DNA of 64,000 nucleotides from Tubiluchus corallicola (GCA_030141605.1 JAQGDQ010000619.1:62609-126608), one strand, 5' to 3'. Counted from the first letter of the stretch, positions 40,800 to 52,100 are shown. Notes: generated by a model not told the origin, from the letters alone. Numbers and translations are program-made.

Positions 40800-41845
40800 G
40801 CACTAACCTTGTTTCAAGTGTATACCAGGTCCTTCCAGTAACCTTGTTTCAAGTGTATACCCGGTCCTTCCAATAACCTTGTTTCAAGTGTATACCCGGT
40901 CCTTCCAATAACCTTGTTTCAAGTGTACACCAGGTCCTTCCAATAACCTTGTTTCAAGTGTATACCAGGTCCTTCCAATAACCTTGTTTCAAGTGTACAC
41001 CAGGTCCTTCCAATAACCTTGTTTCAAGTGTACACCAGGTCCTTCCAATAACCTTGTTTCAAGTGTGTACCACTTCCTTCCAATAACCTTGTTTCAAGTG
41101 TGTACCAGGTCCTTCCAATAACCTTGTTTCAAGTGTACTCCAGGTCCTTCCAATACCTTGTTTCAAGTGTACACCAGGTCCTTCCAATAACCTTGTTTCA
41201 AGTGTATACCAGGTCCTTCCAATAACCTTGTTTCAAGTGTACACCAGGTCCTTCCAATAACCTTGTTTCAAGTGTACACCAGGTCCTTCCAATAACCTTG
41301 TTTCAAGTGTACACCAGATCCTTCCAATAACCTTGTTTCAAGTGTGTACCAGGTCCTTCCAATAACCTTGTTTCAAGTGTACACCAGGTCCTTCCAATAA
41401 CCTTGTTTCAAGTGTATACCAGGTCCTTCCAATAACCTTGTTTCAAGTGTATACCAGGTCCTTCCAATAGCCTTGTTTCAAGTGTGTACCAGGTCCTTCC
41501 ACTAACCTTGTTTCAAGTGTATACCAGGTCCTTCCAATAACCTTGTTTCAAGTGTACACCAGGTCCTTCCAATAACCTTGTTTCAAGTGTGTACCAGGTC
41601 CTTCCAATACCCTTGTTTCAAGTGTATACCAGGTCCTTCCACTAACCTTGTTTCAAGTGTATACCAGGTCCTTCCAATAGCCTTGTTTCAAGTGTATACC
41701 AGGTCCTTCTAATAACCTTGTTTCAAGTGTGTACCAGGTCCTTCCAATAACCTTGTTTCAAGTGTGTACCAGGTTCTTACAATAACCTTGTTTCAAGTGT
41801 ACACCAGGTCCTTCCAATAACCTTGTTTCAAGTGTATACCAGGTA
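40800..41845. repeat. Minisatellite, 35-bp unit, ~30 copies
   Basis: Unit AACCTTGTTTCAAGTGTATACCAGGTCCTTCCAAT, head-to-tail with no spacers. Confidence 0.95.
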
Positions 41846-41869
41846 TATTGAATATTATTGATAATACTA

Positions 41870-41987
41870 GACTACGGCCAAATCACGTTGAAAACACCGG
41901 CTCTCGTCTGATCACCGAAGTTAAGCAACATAGAGCCTGGTTAGTACTTGGATGAGTGACCGCCTAGGAATACTAGGTGCTCTAGGA
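41870..41987 (+). pseudogene. 5S rRNA-derived sequence (near full length), head of a SINE3
   Basis: GACTACGGCCAAATCACGTTGAAAACACCGG...GATCACCGAAGTTAAGC...GTTAGTACTTGGATGAGTGACCGCCTAGGAATAC..GTGCT is animal 5S with several substitutions. There is no oligo-T terminator and it runs directly into the SINE body. Confidence 0.85.
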
Positions 41988-42421
41988 TCCCCACATTTAT
42001 CTCGACACTAGGCGGAGGAGCTGCACAAGCAGCTAACGACTAGAGGGCGGAGGAGGTCAAGCGACCCAACGGCCTTGTGTAGAGGAGTAAACTTTCCAAA
42101 TCAGGAGTGGAGCCCCGAAGGTGGACCAGTGCAGCATGCTCACTGACTCCGGCAGCTCCTGCAGCCAACCTGGTGCCAAACGTATCCCTCCGCTTTTCTT
42201 TGGACTACACCAGGGAGAAAGAGAGGGGGTTCCTGTTGTCTGTGCAACTCAGGATCTCCATACACCTTGCCCAGGTGTGCGCCCTGGAGAGACCACTCCA
42301 GTGGTTCAAGGATCGGACTGCTCAGCCACAGTCGACGCTGCAGCTTCATCAGTGTGATCAATAACTGACTCTCTTGGCGCACATTCCATTGTCTTCCGAG
42401 ACAGAAGGACGCCAACAACAA
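41870..42421 (+). mobile_element. 5S-derived SINE (SINE3) with bipartite RTE-derived body and (CAA)n tail
   Basis: 5S head, then an RTE 5'UTR-like block (GGAGTGGAGCCCC...GGCAGCTCCTGCAGCCAA..TGGTGCCAAA...GCCCTGGAGAG), then an RTE 3' end (CCATTGTCTTCCGAGACAGAAGGACGCCAACAACAA). Degenerate ~16-bp TSD ending AATACTA on both sides. Confidence 0.75.
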
Positions 42422-42760
42422 TCCTGGAAAATACTATTGTTCGTCGTAACTTCGGATCCCAGAGGTCGTGGTTAAAGTTAGAAGCAGATATCTAAGAAAT
42501 TACAAGAAAGTTTCATTATATTTGTGCATTACGTACGTGACTAATTTTGCCTTAAACAGAAAATGGAGCCAGAAACACCCATTAGACCTATGTGCGCAAA
42601 AACTGCGCCTCTATAACCGATACGTAGATACGTAGTATACGATACAGCAGATACGTAGCACATTCTCTGTGCAAAATTTGATAAGTAGTCATTAGAATTA
42701 TGAATGCAGTAGATTTCTAGACCCTGAAAACCTATATTTGGACCCCAACATCATGCTGTC

Positions 42761-43480
42761 ATATATTCATATTCATATTCATATTCATACTTATTAGTGT
42801 CAAAAATACATAAAATACAAGAAAAAAAACAAGACATACGTACAATTTCAATTTTGAAATATAGTGACACTACAGACAAACAAAACAATTACTAATAAAA
42901 CAAATATTATTAAATATTCCTGTTAATTATATTAGTTATTTAAATGAAAAGTTTAATGATTAGAATTTAAAATAGATTGTCATTCATTAAGCCTCGTTTT
43001 CCATGATGTGATCATAACATAGTATATTGTTCATCATGTCTTAGAAACGCTTTTTCAACATAATCATTAAATGTCTTAATTACTTCTAAATCACTAGTTC
43101 CCATCAGGAATAAAAATTTACCAGCATCGCTCATAAAGATAAATTCTGGTTTAATTACATTGATGTGATTATATAATTTTCCTCTAAGATCATTGTAAAA
43201 TATAACTAAGTGTAATTCGTCTTCGGATTCATTTCTTAAACAGTACGAGCATATAGGATTCTCAGCCGGGATTTTTCCAGGTTTAACGTACCTTCCTCTT
43301 TCAATACACAAAGTATGAGAGCTGATTCTCAGTCTTGTCAATTTTGTTACACCATATTTGGAGTAACCAGAAAGTAAATAGCTTTCTAGTTGTTATTATT
43401 TTTTGAAGGTTCGATACGTTCGCAGTTTATTTTATCCATCGGGTTTATTATCATTATGGATTTCTTTTTTCCAAAACAGG
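42761..43480 (-). mobile_element. LINE 3' end with C-terminal CCHC-type finger (RTE-X-like) and (TATGAA)n tail
   Basis: TRLRISSHTLCIERGRY...PICSYC...EDELHL. The tail is seen as (ATATTC)n at 42761-42790. Confidence 0.75.
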
Positions 43481-43899
43481 GTATAATCAATACGTTGTCT
43501 GGTTATTCCAAAGATGTTCAAAACCATATACACGTAATATATAGTTAACAAAAGCATTCCTAAAGAAGCAGTTCTCAGCTAAGATTCGGTTTTCATTATC
43601 AGCTTGGAATACATAGCTATTATATTATATTTGATAACCAAGATAATTTATTGACCTTATAAGCTAAGTGATAACTTGACTGCCAACTGAAAATTGCTCT
43701 AGCACTGTACGAAACTTTACGCTAGTCATTACGTAAATGTGCATTACTTTCACTGCTCGACTTTGAACTGAACTTTGGACATTGATAACATGATAACATA
43801 CGATACGTGTTTTATAAAAATCAACCCCACAAACTGCGTAAACTAAAACATTACACGGTGAAATAGTTAAGCAGTGATATTGTCAAATGTGCATTTGTA

Positions 43900-45513
43900 A
43901 TGAAATTACATTTGAAGCCAGTGATCTTTATCATGCTCCTTTGTCTTGCAATTGGCAATATTTCACTGATAACATTTCGAAAGGATGTCAAGTCTGTAAA
44001 TGCCAGGAGGATCATCGCAGATAGCCACAAAACTGTGACGCATAAAGTATTAAGATTTACTAAAAGTGACAATAATAAAACACCTGCTCTTAGAGACAGG
44101 TCTTCTACTTTTACCTTCGTAACTGGAATTGATGCATCGAATGTGAGTAGCGTTTATTCTAATGACAATGTTGTAAGCAAAAGTAGTTCAACAGGTGGAA
44201 CAGGTGTGGACGCAGTTTGGTACAGAATTGATGCATCGAATGTGAGTAGCGTTTATTCTAATGACAATGTTGTAAGCAAAAGTAGTTCAACAGGTGGAAC
44301 AGGTATGGACGCAGTATGGCACAGAATTGATGGTACCAATACAGCACTGTATTCTGCGTTCTATGACCACCGAACCAATCGAACTGTTCGGGTGATTGGA
44401 GTATCAGAAAGAGAAAGACTAAAGAACGACTCGTATTTTTGTCACCTGGCTCATCGCGACGGCAATTACTCCATGATCATTATGGCAAAATTGTATCCAA
44501 TGGGAAGCGTCAGATTTCGTAGCACAACAACAATATTTAACTGTGAATTACCAGTTGAACATCAGCAGATTCCACACTTCGTAAGCGTTTCCCTGAGTCA
44601 GGCAGTGCCATCTAGCAGCAGAATTAGCATCCAGGCGATACGGATGCTTACAAACGCCAGAAAAATGTTTGGAATTTGTGTGCCATCTCTTTTTGGAGAC
44701 GTGTCACCTTTATCGATAATCGAGTTTTTGGAGATGAGCAAAATCTTGGGAGCGGAGCAAGTATTCTTGTACGTAGGAAGCGTCCCCAAAAAGACATTGT
44801 CGGCAATCAACTTTTATGTTAAAAGTGGTTTTGTTGTAGTTCAGAAGTGGGGGCTTCGTACGAAATTTATTTCTGATGGAATCAGTACAGCACAAGGGAA
44901 AAAATGGCCGGTAAACTATAACGCACAGCTGGCGTGTGTTCAGGACTGTCTGTACAGGAATATGTACAAGTTCTCATATCTGGCCTTTCAAGATTTTGAC
45001 GAATTCATACTGCCTAAGGAACATTCCGGATGGCCAGATTTGATGCGTGATTTGGAATCTCAGAGCAATGCTATTATGAATATCACTGGCTATGTTTTCC
45101 GAAACAACTATGCTTACTACAACGCTACACCGGAATCGGAGCAAAACAACTTAAGTGCAAATTTAGTTCTTAAGAGGACAAAACTTGTTAGTTCAGGTAG
45201 ATTTTATGACATCTACACGCGCAGTAAGGTCATTGTTAAGCCAGAAAACCTGCTTTTCATGCATATTCATTACGTTGATCGGGCTTTCGCCCAAATCGCA
45301 AATAAATACAGAGATTTTGAGGTTCCCACCAGTGTGGCTTCTCTGCATCACGCCAAGCTTTGGCGAACAGGTGCTCCTCTAAGAGAACCAAAGGTCACTC
45401 AAGGGATGCCATATGTCCCTAAACATGCTAAAAAGTGGTTGAAACACCTTGTTAAGAACGTACAGGATACTGTGCAAAATGTAACAGAGTTGGGCCTTCA
45501 GCATTTCAATTAA
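43900..45513 (+). CDS. Glycosyltransferase family 92 (DUF23; GALT-1-like) type II membrane protein, uninterrupted ORF nested in an ABCA intron
   Basis: 537-aa ORF with N-terminal signal anchor and the motifs LYSAFYD, GICVPSLFG, IIEFLEMSKILGAEQVFLY, NAQLACVQDCLYR, FQDFDEFILP (DxD), RSKVIVKP and HIH, all characteristic of GT92. Confidence 0.9.
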   Translation: MKLHLKPVIFIMLLCLAIGNISLITFRKDVKSVNARRIIADSHKTVTHKVLRFTKSDNNKTPALRDRSSTFTFVTGIDASNVSSVYSNDNVVSKSSSTGGTGVDAVWYRIDASNVSSVYSNDNVVSKSSSTGGTGMDAVWHRIDGTNTALYSAFYDHRTNRTVRVIGVSERERLKNDSYFCHLAHRDGNYSMIIMAKLYPMGSVRFRSTTTIFNCELPVEHQQIPHFVSVSLSQAVPSSSRISIQAIRMLTNARKMFGICVPSLFGDVSPLSIIEFLEMSKILGAEQVFLYVGSVPKKTLSAINFYVKSGFVVVQKWGLRTKFISDGISTAQGKKWPVNYNAQLACVQDCLYRNMYKFSYLAFQDFDEFILPKEHSGWPDLMRDLESQSNAIMNITGYVFRNNYAYYNATPESEQNNLSANLVLKRTKLVSSGRFYDIYTRSKVIVKPENLLFMHIHYVDRAFAQIANKYRDFEVPTSVASLHHAKLWRTGAPLREPKVTQGMPYVPKHAKKWLKHLVKNVQDTVQNVTELGLQHFN

Positions 45514-45768
45514 ACTGAATCCATCATATAATGGTAAAGCCTACTTAATTTAGATTGTTATGGCAGGACTGGAACCAATCTGACTGTCTGATTGAAACAC
45601 CTTGTCAAGAACGTACGAGATAATGGTAAAGCCTACTTAATTTAGATTGTTATGGCAGGACTGGAACCAATCTGACTGTCTGATTGAAACACGTTGTTAA
45701 GGACGTACGAGATAATGGTAAAGCCTACTTAATTTAGATTGTTATGGCAGGACTGGAACCAGTCTGAC
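45439..45768. repeat. 92-bp tandem repeat derived from the GT92 gene 3' end
   Basis: TTGAAACAC(C/G)TTGT at 45439 (in CDS), 45592 and 45684. ATAATGGTAAAGCC at 45528, 45620 and 45712. Confidence 0.85.
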
Positions 45769-46391
45769 ATAAACTTCTAAGAGGAGAAGCGACTGAAGCG
45801 GCTTAATCGTAGATCAATGATTGTTCAGTTTTATTGAAATCTTGACTTTACGTTCAGTAGCAGAACATTAGGTAGCCTACATGATTCGCATCACCATTAA
45901 TTCATTTAAATCATTTCAGTTTACACGGCGCGCATGCGTGAAGTGAGACTGTGATGAAATGCAGTGAATCTCTGATTGTGAAAGTACATGCAATCGTTAA
46001 TATACGAACAAAACTTGCCATTTCACTACAAATAGATTTTTAGATTTTTTTGATTTACAACAGCTTGTAAAGGGGGTTTTTAGTTGTTGTTTATTTTTTT
46101 TGCTTGTTTACGGTTATGATAATATTCTTCAACGAGCCGACGCTTTCGTTAGTTACGTAAAGTTGCATTTGCAGGTCATGTGACTGATGATGTAACTAAT
46201 GTTCAACACAGGCACTGATAATGTCATGTGTTTCAAAGCAATGAAAGTGTGGTTCTAAAGACTCCAAAAATATGTTGTAGTCAGAACAAGTAAGGTAACA
46301 CCACTGACAACAACATTACAGACAATTAAATGCTGTCAGGGCTAAGTTTATTAAAAAGTTTTTTTACCTCACTTAAGTTTTAAGTCCCATT

Positions 46392-47400
46392 CAGTGTATT
46401 GTAGTAAAGATCTCGCCGATTGAAAACAAGAAATGAAGCACTAATATCATGAATTCACTACAGTGTATCGTATTAAAGATCTCGCCGATTGAAAACAAGA
46501 AATGAAACACTAATATCATGAATTCACTACGGTGTATCGTAGTAAAGATATCACCAATTGAAAACAAGAAATGAAGCACTAATATCATGAATTCACTACA
46601 GTGTATCGTAGTAAAGATGTCGCCGATTGAAAACAAGAAATGAAACACTAATATCATGAATTCACTACAGTGTATCATAGTAAAGATATCACCAATTGAA
46701 AAATGAAGCACTAATATCATGAATTCACTACAAAAGTACAGTGTATCGTAGTAAAAATCCTACCGATTTAAAACAAGAAATGAAGCACTAATATCATGAA
46801 TTCACTACAAAAGTAGAGTGTATCGTAGTAAAGATTCCACCAATTGAAGACAAGAAATGAAGCACTAATATCATGAATTCACTACAGTGTATCGTAGTAA
46901 AGATCCCACCGATTAAAAACAAGAAATGAAGCACTAATATCATGAATTCACTACAGTGTATCGTAGTAAAGATTCAACCGATTAAAAACAAGAAATGAAA
47001 CACTAATATGATGAATTCACTACAGTGTATCGTAGTAAAGATTCAACCGATTAAAAACAAGAAATGAAACACTAATATCATGAATTCACTACAGTGTATC
47101 GTAGTAAAGATCTCGCCAATTGAAAACAAGAAATGAAACACTAATATCATGAATTCACTACAGTGTATCGTAGTAAAGATATCACCAATTGAAAACAAGA
47201 AATGAAGCACTAACATCATGAATTCACTACAGTGTATCGTAGTAAAGATCTCACCGATTAAAAACAAGAAATGAAACACTAATATGATGAATTCACTACA
47301 AAAGTAGAGTGTATCGTAGTAAAGATTCAACCAATTGAAAACAAGAAATGAAGCACTAATATGATGAATTCGCTACAAAAGTAGAGTGTATCGTAGTAAA
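46392..47400. repeat. Minisatellite, 69-bp unit, ~14 copies
   Basis: Unit CAGTGTATCGTAGTAAAGATCTCGCCGATTGAAAACAAGAAATGAAGCACTAATATCATGAATTCACTA. Confidence 0.93.
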
Positions 47401-47720
47401 TGCCGGCAGAAGACTCTTTAATCTTCTTACTCGCTGTAGTGCAAGCCAACTGTATGTTGGCTACAATGTACCAATTTTTCGTTCATACGTAGGAAAGCTG
47501 TGTTTAGTCTCAGAAGTAAGCTGTTTTTTAGTCAGAATACTGTTATTAATAACTTGCTGTACAATACTCACACAATTTTTAGATACAATGTACCAAGTTT
47601 TTCCTGCATAAGTAGGAAAGCTGCGTTTAGTCTCAGAAGTAGGCTAATTTTGAGTCAGAATACTGTTATTAATAACTTGCTGTACAATATTCACACAATT
47701 TTTAGATACAACACTTTTAA

Positions 47721-47845
47721 GCCCTGGAGACGTTCAAGGATCGCACTGCTCAGCCACAGTCGACGCTGCAGCTCCATCAATGTGATCAATAACTGACTCT
47801 CTTGGCGCACACTCCATTGTCTTCCCAGACAGAAGGATGCCAACC
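47721..47845 (+). mobile_element. 5'-truncated second copy of the SINE3/RTE-tailed element
   Basis: Matches 42281-42416. Translates SRIALLSHSRRCS, like the RTE ORF2 C-terminal SRIGLxSHxRxC motif. Confidence 0.8.
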
Positions 47846-48403
47846 ATTTCATAGTACTTAGTGAAAATAGGGGGTGTGCAGTGCACTTTCTAGATTTTCT
47901 TTTTTCAAACAGAAACTCATTTTGAATGCCAATTGCACCGTAGGATACGTTCTCTCAAACAGTGAAATTGTCAAAGACGTAGATCAGGTCAAATCGTCTG
48001 TTATCTAACATCTCATTTAACCTTCTTATGCTCTGTGTCGTAAATAAGTTTGTTTTGAACGAGTCCTTGGCGCGCGACAGTTTAACTGTTTTAATGCCAT
48101 GAGGCCGCGTTAATGCCGTGAGGCCGCGTTAATGTGTTTCAATGTGATCATGTCTTTTTATCGAACCGTCTGCTTTTAGTGGTGGGTCATAACTGAAAGT
48201 GGGTAATTTGTATAGCATTTGTAGTTGTTTAGTTTTGTATCGATGTAGTGGATATTTTTATGCTTATGTACAAATCACCTTTGACAATTGTGTTGAATGG
48301 CCATTGAGCGTTAGGGGCTAGTGCTACAATAGAAAATGTGGGAAAGTAGAATTTTGATTTGCTAGTGAGAGCAGGTGTCTGTTGATATTCTTCTTGAAAC
48401 TGG

Positions 48404-48742
48404 CTCATTCATTCACTCATTCATTCATTCATTCATTCATTCATTCATTCATTCATTCATTCATTCAGTCAGTCAGTCAATCATTCATTCATTCAATCAA
48501 TCAATCATTCATTCATTCATTCACCCATTCAGTCAATCATTCATTCACTCATTCATTCACCCATTCATTCATTCATTCATTCATTCATTCATTCATTCAT
48601 TCATTCATTCATTCATTCATTCATTCATTCATTCATTCATTCATTCATTCACCCATTCATTCATTCAATCATTCATTCATTCATTCATTCATTCATTCAA
48701 TCAATCATTCATTCATTCATTCATCCATTCATTCATTCATAT
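48404..48742. repeat. (ATTC)n microsatellite
   Basis: Seen directly. Confidence 0.95.
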
Positions 48743-49407
48743 TGGCCGCTAACAGTCCTTCAAACATGGGTTTAGTACAATGCAAAGACGAGAGCAGAAT
48801 AACAATCTCGAATTCTTGTTGTAAATTGAACATTTAAGATTTATATTCCATGATTTATTTTTACACTTTAAAGCATAATTAGTTCAGTGTTATAATAAAT
48901 TATTTAAAAATTATGGATACAATATCCACACGTGCATACACGTTTACAAAGTCACATATACAATATACAATCACATATAAAATCGCAAATTTGCAACTCT
49001 AAATTGGCATACACATAAAATGTACAAATTATACAAAATTATTTGACTGCATTTTTAGAATTTTCTTTTTAAACATTTGTTCTTCAAGTAAACTTTTTTC
49101 GTCAACTAAAACACTTGGTCTTGGTCATCTGTTGACGATTAATGCTTGTGATGCGTCGATAATGTGTTTTTCCGCAGTTTCTCTTTTTTGCCAATAGATG
49201 GAGAAACTGTTCAGTGCTACAGGCTTGAAATACTTGTTGCTCGCGTGCATCAGGAATGATCACAGTGTGACACGCTGCGTTTGACTTTTGGTAACTGTAA
49301 AAACGACAACAACAGGTTAAACCATCTTGAAATTATAAAAGTGAAGAGCCACGATAACATGGATTTGTGTTCAATCTTTGCGATGCTTTTTCGATTATAC
49401 TTTTCAG

Positions 49408-49497
49408 GTGCTTGGGCTCCACTCAGCATTTAAAAAGCAAGTATGGAGGAGGATATCTGTTAGAAATCAAGAACACCTTGTCTGGTGATTCGGAAAG
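49408..49497 (+). CDS. ABCA5: ABCA5-like transporter exon
   Basis: ttttcag|G TGC TTG GGC TCC... = (R)CLGSTQHLKSKYGGGYLLEIKNTLSGDSE(R). 90 nt, phase 2/2, donor |gtagca. Confidence 0.92.
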
Positions 49498-49829
49498 GTA
49501 GCACACCTGTAAATTAATCAATACTTAAATTTTGTTTTTATAATTGTAATTTAATTTTAATTGTTACGAAAGAATTGTGAATTTCCAAGTTTTCATTGGA
49601 AACTTACGTAATTTTCAAACATTGAACTTTTAAAGCGTAAATGGTTGTAGTTCTGAGCCGATTAAATTACTGATTAAAAAATTCCATTTTGTGGTATGGT
49701 AAGCTTACCACTGAAGTAATCTCCAATGAGTATATAAGTTATAACAGACTGGCAGTACTTATAAATAATTGTTCTGTGAACTTTGACACTAAAATTGTGT
49801 CGTACTTGTCACTACTATTGCCGCGTACA

Positions 49830-50280
49830 TCTTCTTCTTCTTCTTCGCAGCTTTTCCCTATGCGGGGCCACCGTTGTGAATGAGTCTTCTCCATGCATTC
49901 CTGTTGTTGACCATCTCTTCATTTATGTCTTCCCTTCCCACATGATCTTCACCGACTCTTCTTTTCAGGTGTCCATACCATCGCAATCTTGCGAGGCTTC
50001 CACTACTTTTACTGTTCCTCTGATATTATTATTTCTAATTTTATCTCTTCTTGTTATTCCCACCATCCATCTCAACATCCTCATCTCCACCACACCCATT
50101 TTCTTCTCTTCTGTCTTCTTTAGAGAAGCTGCTTCCAGCCCATAGATTAGAGCGGGTCTGACCACTTCTTTGTGGACTTTACCTTTAAGTCTCACCGACT
50201 CATTCATAGAAGGTTTTGGTGCAGTTTTTACAGGCGGATGCCCTTCCTGACCCTAACCCTCCCTAGTGGCTAGGTTCCCC
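49830..50280 (-). mobile_element. Internally deleted (bipartite) RTE-clade element
   Basis: Reverse complement shows the RTE 5'UTR-type motif GTCAGGAAGGGCATCCGCCTGTAAAA fused to VRLKGKVHKEVVRPALIYG...EMRMLRWM, with a (GAA)n tail. Same family as 30760-31180. Confidence 0.8.
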
Positions 50281-50341
50281 CCAGAGACTATTGCCACATA
50301 TATCTTGGCATTAAAATACATTTGTGTTTCTTCTGTTTAAG

Positions 50342-50481
50342 GCTGGATGTGCTGCATTCCTACATCATGGAACTGTTTCCATCTGCTGTTCGGCGGGACC
50401 AGTTTGTGGAAAGAGCTACGTATCACATTCCGAAAAGCGGCGTGCAGTCGTTATCAAAAGTGTTTGCATGCTTAGAGAAAG
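50342..50481 (+). CDS. ABCA5: ABCA5-like transporter exon
   Basis: tttaag|G CTG GAT... = LDVLHSYIMELFPSAVRRDQFVERATYHIPKSGVQSLSKVFACLEK. 140 nt, phase 2/1, donor |gtagat. Confidence 0.9.
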
Positions 50482-51171
50482 GTAGATAGCAATTATGCTA
50501 CTTCGAGTTCAATTCTCGACCACGTAGATATTTTGAATTACTTTTTCGATGCAGTGAATTGAGTCAGTTGGCAGCTTCAGGAAAAAGAGTTTGGGCAGAA
50601 GGACGCAAAGTCACATGGACGCGAGTAACTTTTTGGTAATGAGAGGTGTAATTGTTAACATTCTTTCTGAAGCAGGTGTTGTTAGCAGGCCAAAATTTTT
50701 TGTTAAAGAATTCCACAGCTAAGAGGTCCGAGGAAAAAGACTGGATTTATGAAGTTGAAACTCTGGATTTAAGAATGTCCAGGGTAAATATGTGAAAAGC
50801 AGCAGCAAAATGGGTATTATAAGCAAAGAAGCTGCATATTTGAAATTTCATGATTTGATTATTATATTGATTCCTAGTAATATTGCCACAATATACAAAC
50901 TATTTTTTATGCCAAACTTGTGTGCAAATTTAAAATGATATATTTTCAACATGAATGTAGGTTTTTTTCGTTTTTCTCTGTGATTTTGCAGCAATTTGAT
51001 GCTCAAGTTGAAGACCATGTTTTCCTCAAGTATTTTATTTGTTATGAAAACAATCTGTCTTTTCTCATAGCCTATGACATCCTTCATTTGCATGGAAGCA
51101 TAAACGGGATTATTGACTTCTTGCTTGTTTGTATGTGTGCAGTTTTTATATGCAGTATTTTTTATTGTTAG

Positions 51172-51278
51172 GTAAAGAACACGGCATCGAACAGTATAGC
51201 TTCAGTCAGTCAACTCTGGAACATGTTTTTCTACAATTTGCCAAAATGCAGTATGAAGGAGATTTAGCACAAACATAA
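51172..51278 (+). CDS. ABCA5: ABCA5-like transporter terminal coding exon
   Basis: ttgttag|GT AAA... = (G)KEHGIEQYSFSQSTLEHVFLQFAKMQYEGDLAQT*, containing the ABCA C-terminal YSxSQxTLExVF motif. Confidence 0.92.
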
Positions 51279-51679
51279 TTTCTTATTACGTTGATTATTA
51301 AAACTCATCAGATCTGTGACGTCCCCAGAAGGAGGGTCTACGGACCTTGTTATTACCTCTGTTGTGGGGGTACCCCAGACACTTCTTTCGTGGTTTGAAA
51401 CTGACGAATAATATGCATCTACAGACAAAGTTAATAATAGTAAGCTGACAGATCTATTTTGCATGATTGCATGAATTGAACATTTACCAAACTGCAAGTG
51501 CTTGCAAAAATCTCTTTATATTATGTATAATACAGTTAGTAGGTGAAAATTGTGTTTATAATATGTGAAGGATGGATAGTGGAAGAGGACATCATGCATT
51601 TAAGAATGGTGGGGGGCTGTAAAAGAGTTCCATTACAGGCTCTTGTTCTTGGCAGTATTTTTGCACCCACATTCCAAAT

Positions 51680-52100
51680 AAACGACAAAATTACATAGAC
51701 ACATGCAAGCCAGAAGCGGTTAAAGATATATTGAAAATAAGACTGAATATGCTTAACGTTAAAGGGAACTACAAGAATGAGTTTAAGGATCAGCTGTTAT
51801 GCCCAGTGTGTGGGGAAGATGATGATACTACAGAACATATGCTTAGATGTGACAGATATGGAGAATGGAAAAAATTTGAACTCAGATGTATTAATGAACA
51901 GTGAAAAGGAAGGATTGCTAGAAATTAGAAATCTAGTGAACGAATGTATGGAATACAGGATAAAGACGAATAAAGACATTAAACTTGGAAAAGACAAATA
52001 AAAGATCAGCGTTATAGAAGAATAGACTTTACACCCTATAAAGGTGCCCGCCTCTGATAGGTGGAGAGAGTCGAGTATGGCAATCGCTAAATAATCACAC
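51680..52100 (+). mobile_element. LINE 3' fragment with CCHC finger
   Basis: My translation from ~51680 is KRQNYIDTCKPEAVKDILKIRLNMLNVKGNYKN...LCPVCGEDDDTTEHMLRC. Confidence 0.65.

Noticed and set aside
40800-41845. 35-bp repeats containing GTTTCAA, superficially CRISPR-like
   Set aside because: Units are head-to-tail with no unique spacers, there are no cas genes, and the context is a eukaryotic intron. It is a minisatellite.
41870-41987. Functional 5S rRNA gene
   Set aside because: It has several substitutions, no oligo-T terminator, is not in a tandem array and is fused to a retroposon body and tail.
43872-43899. CAG at 43872-43874 that would splice the ABCA exon (phase 2) in frame onto the GT92 ORF, giving a fusion protein
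   Set aside because: No polypyrimidine tract (AAATAGTTAAGCAG), so it is a poor acceptor. Only RNA-seq junction reads could rescue the idea.
46391-47330. Repetitive hydrophobic ORFs (also 60432-61004 and 3952-4508)
   Set aside because: They arise because the 69-, 48- and 39-bp minisatellite units are multiples of three. No splice or coding evidence.
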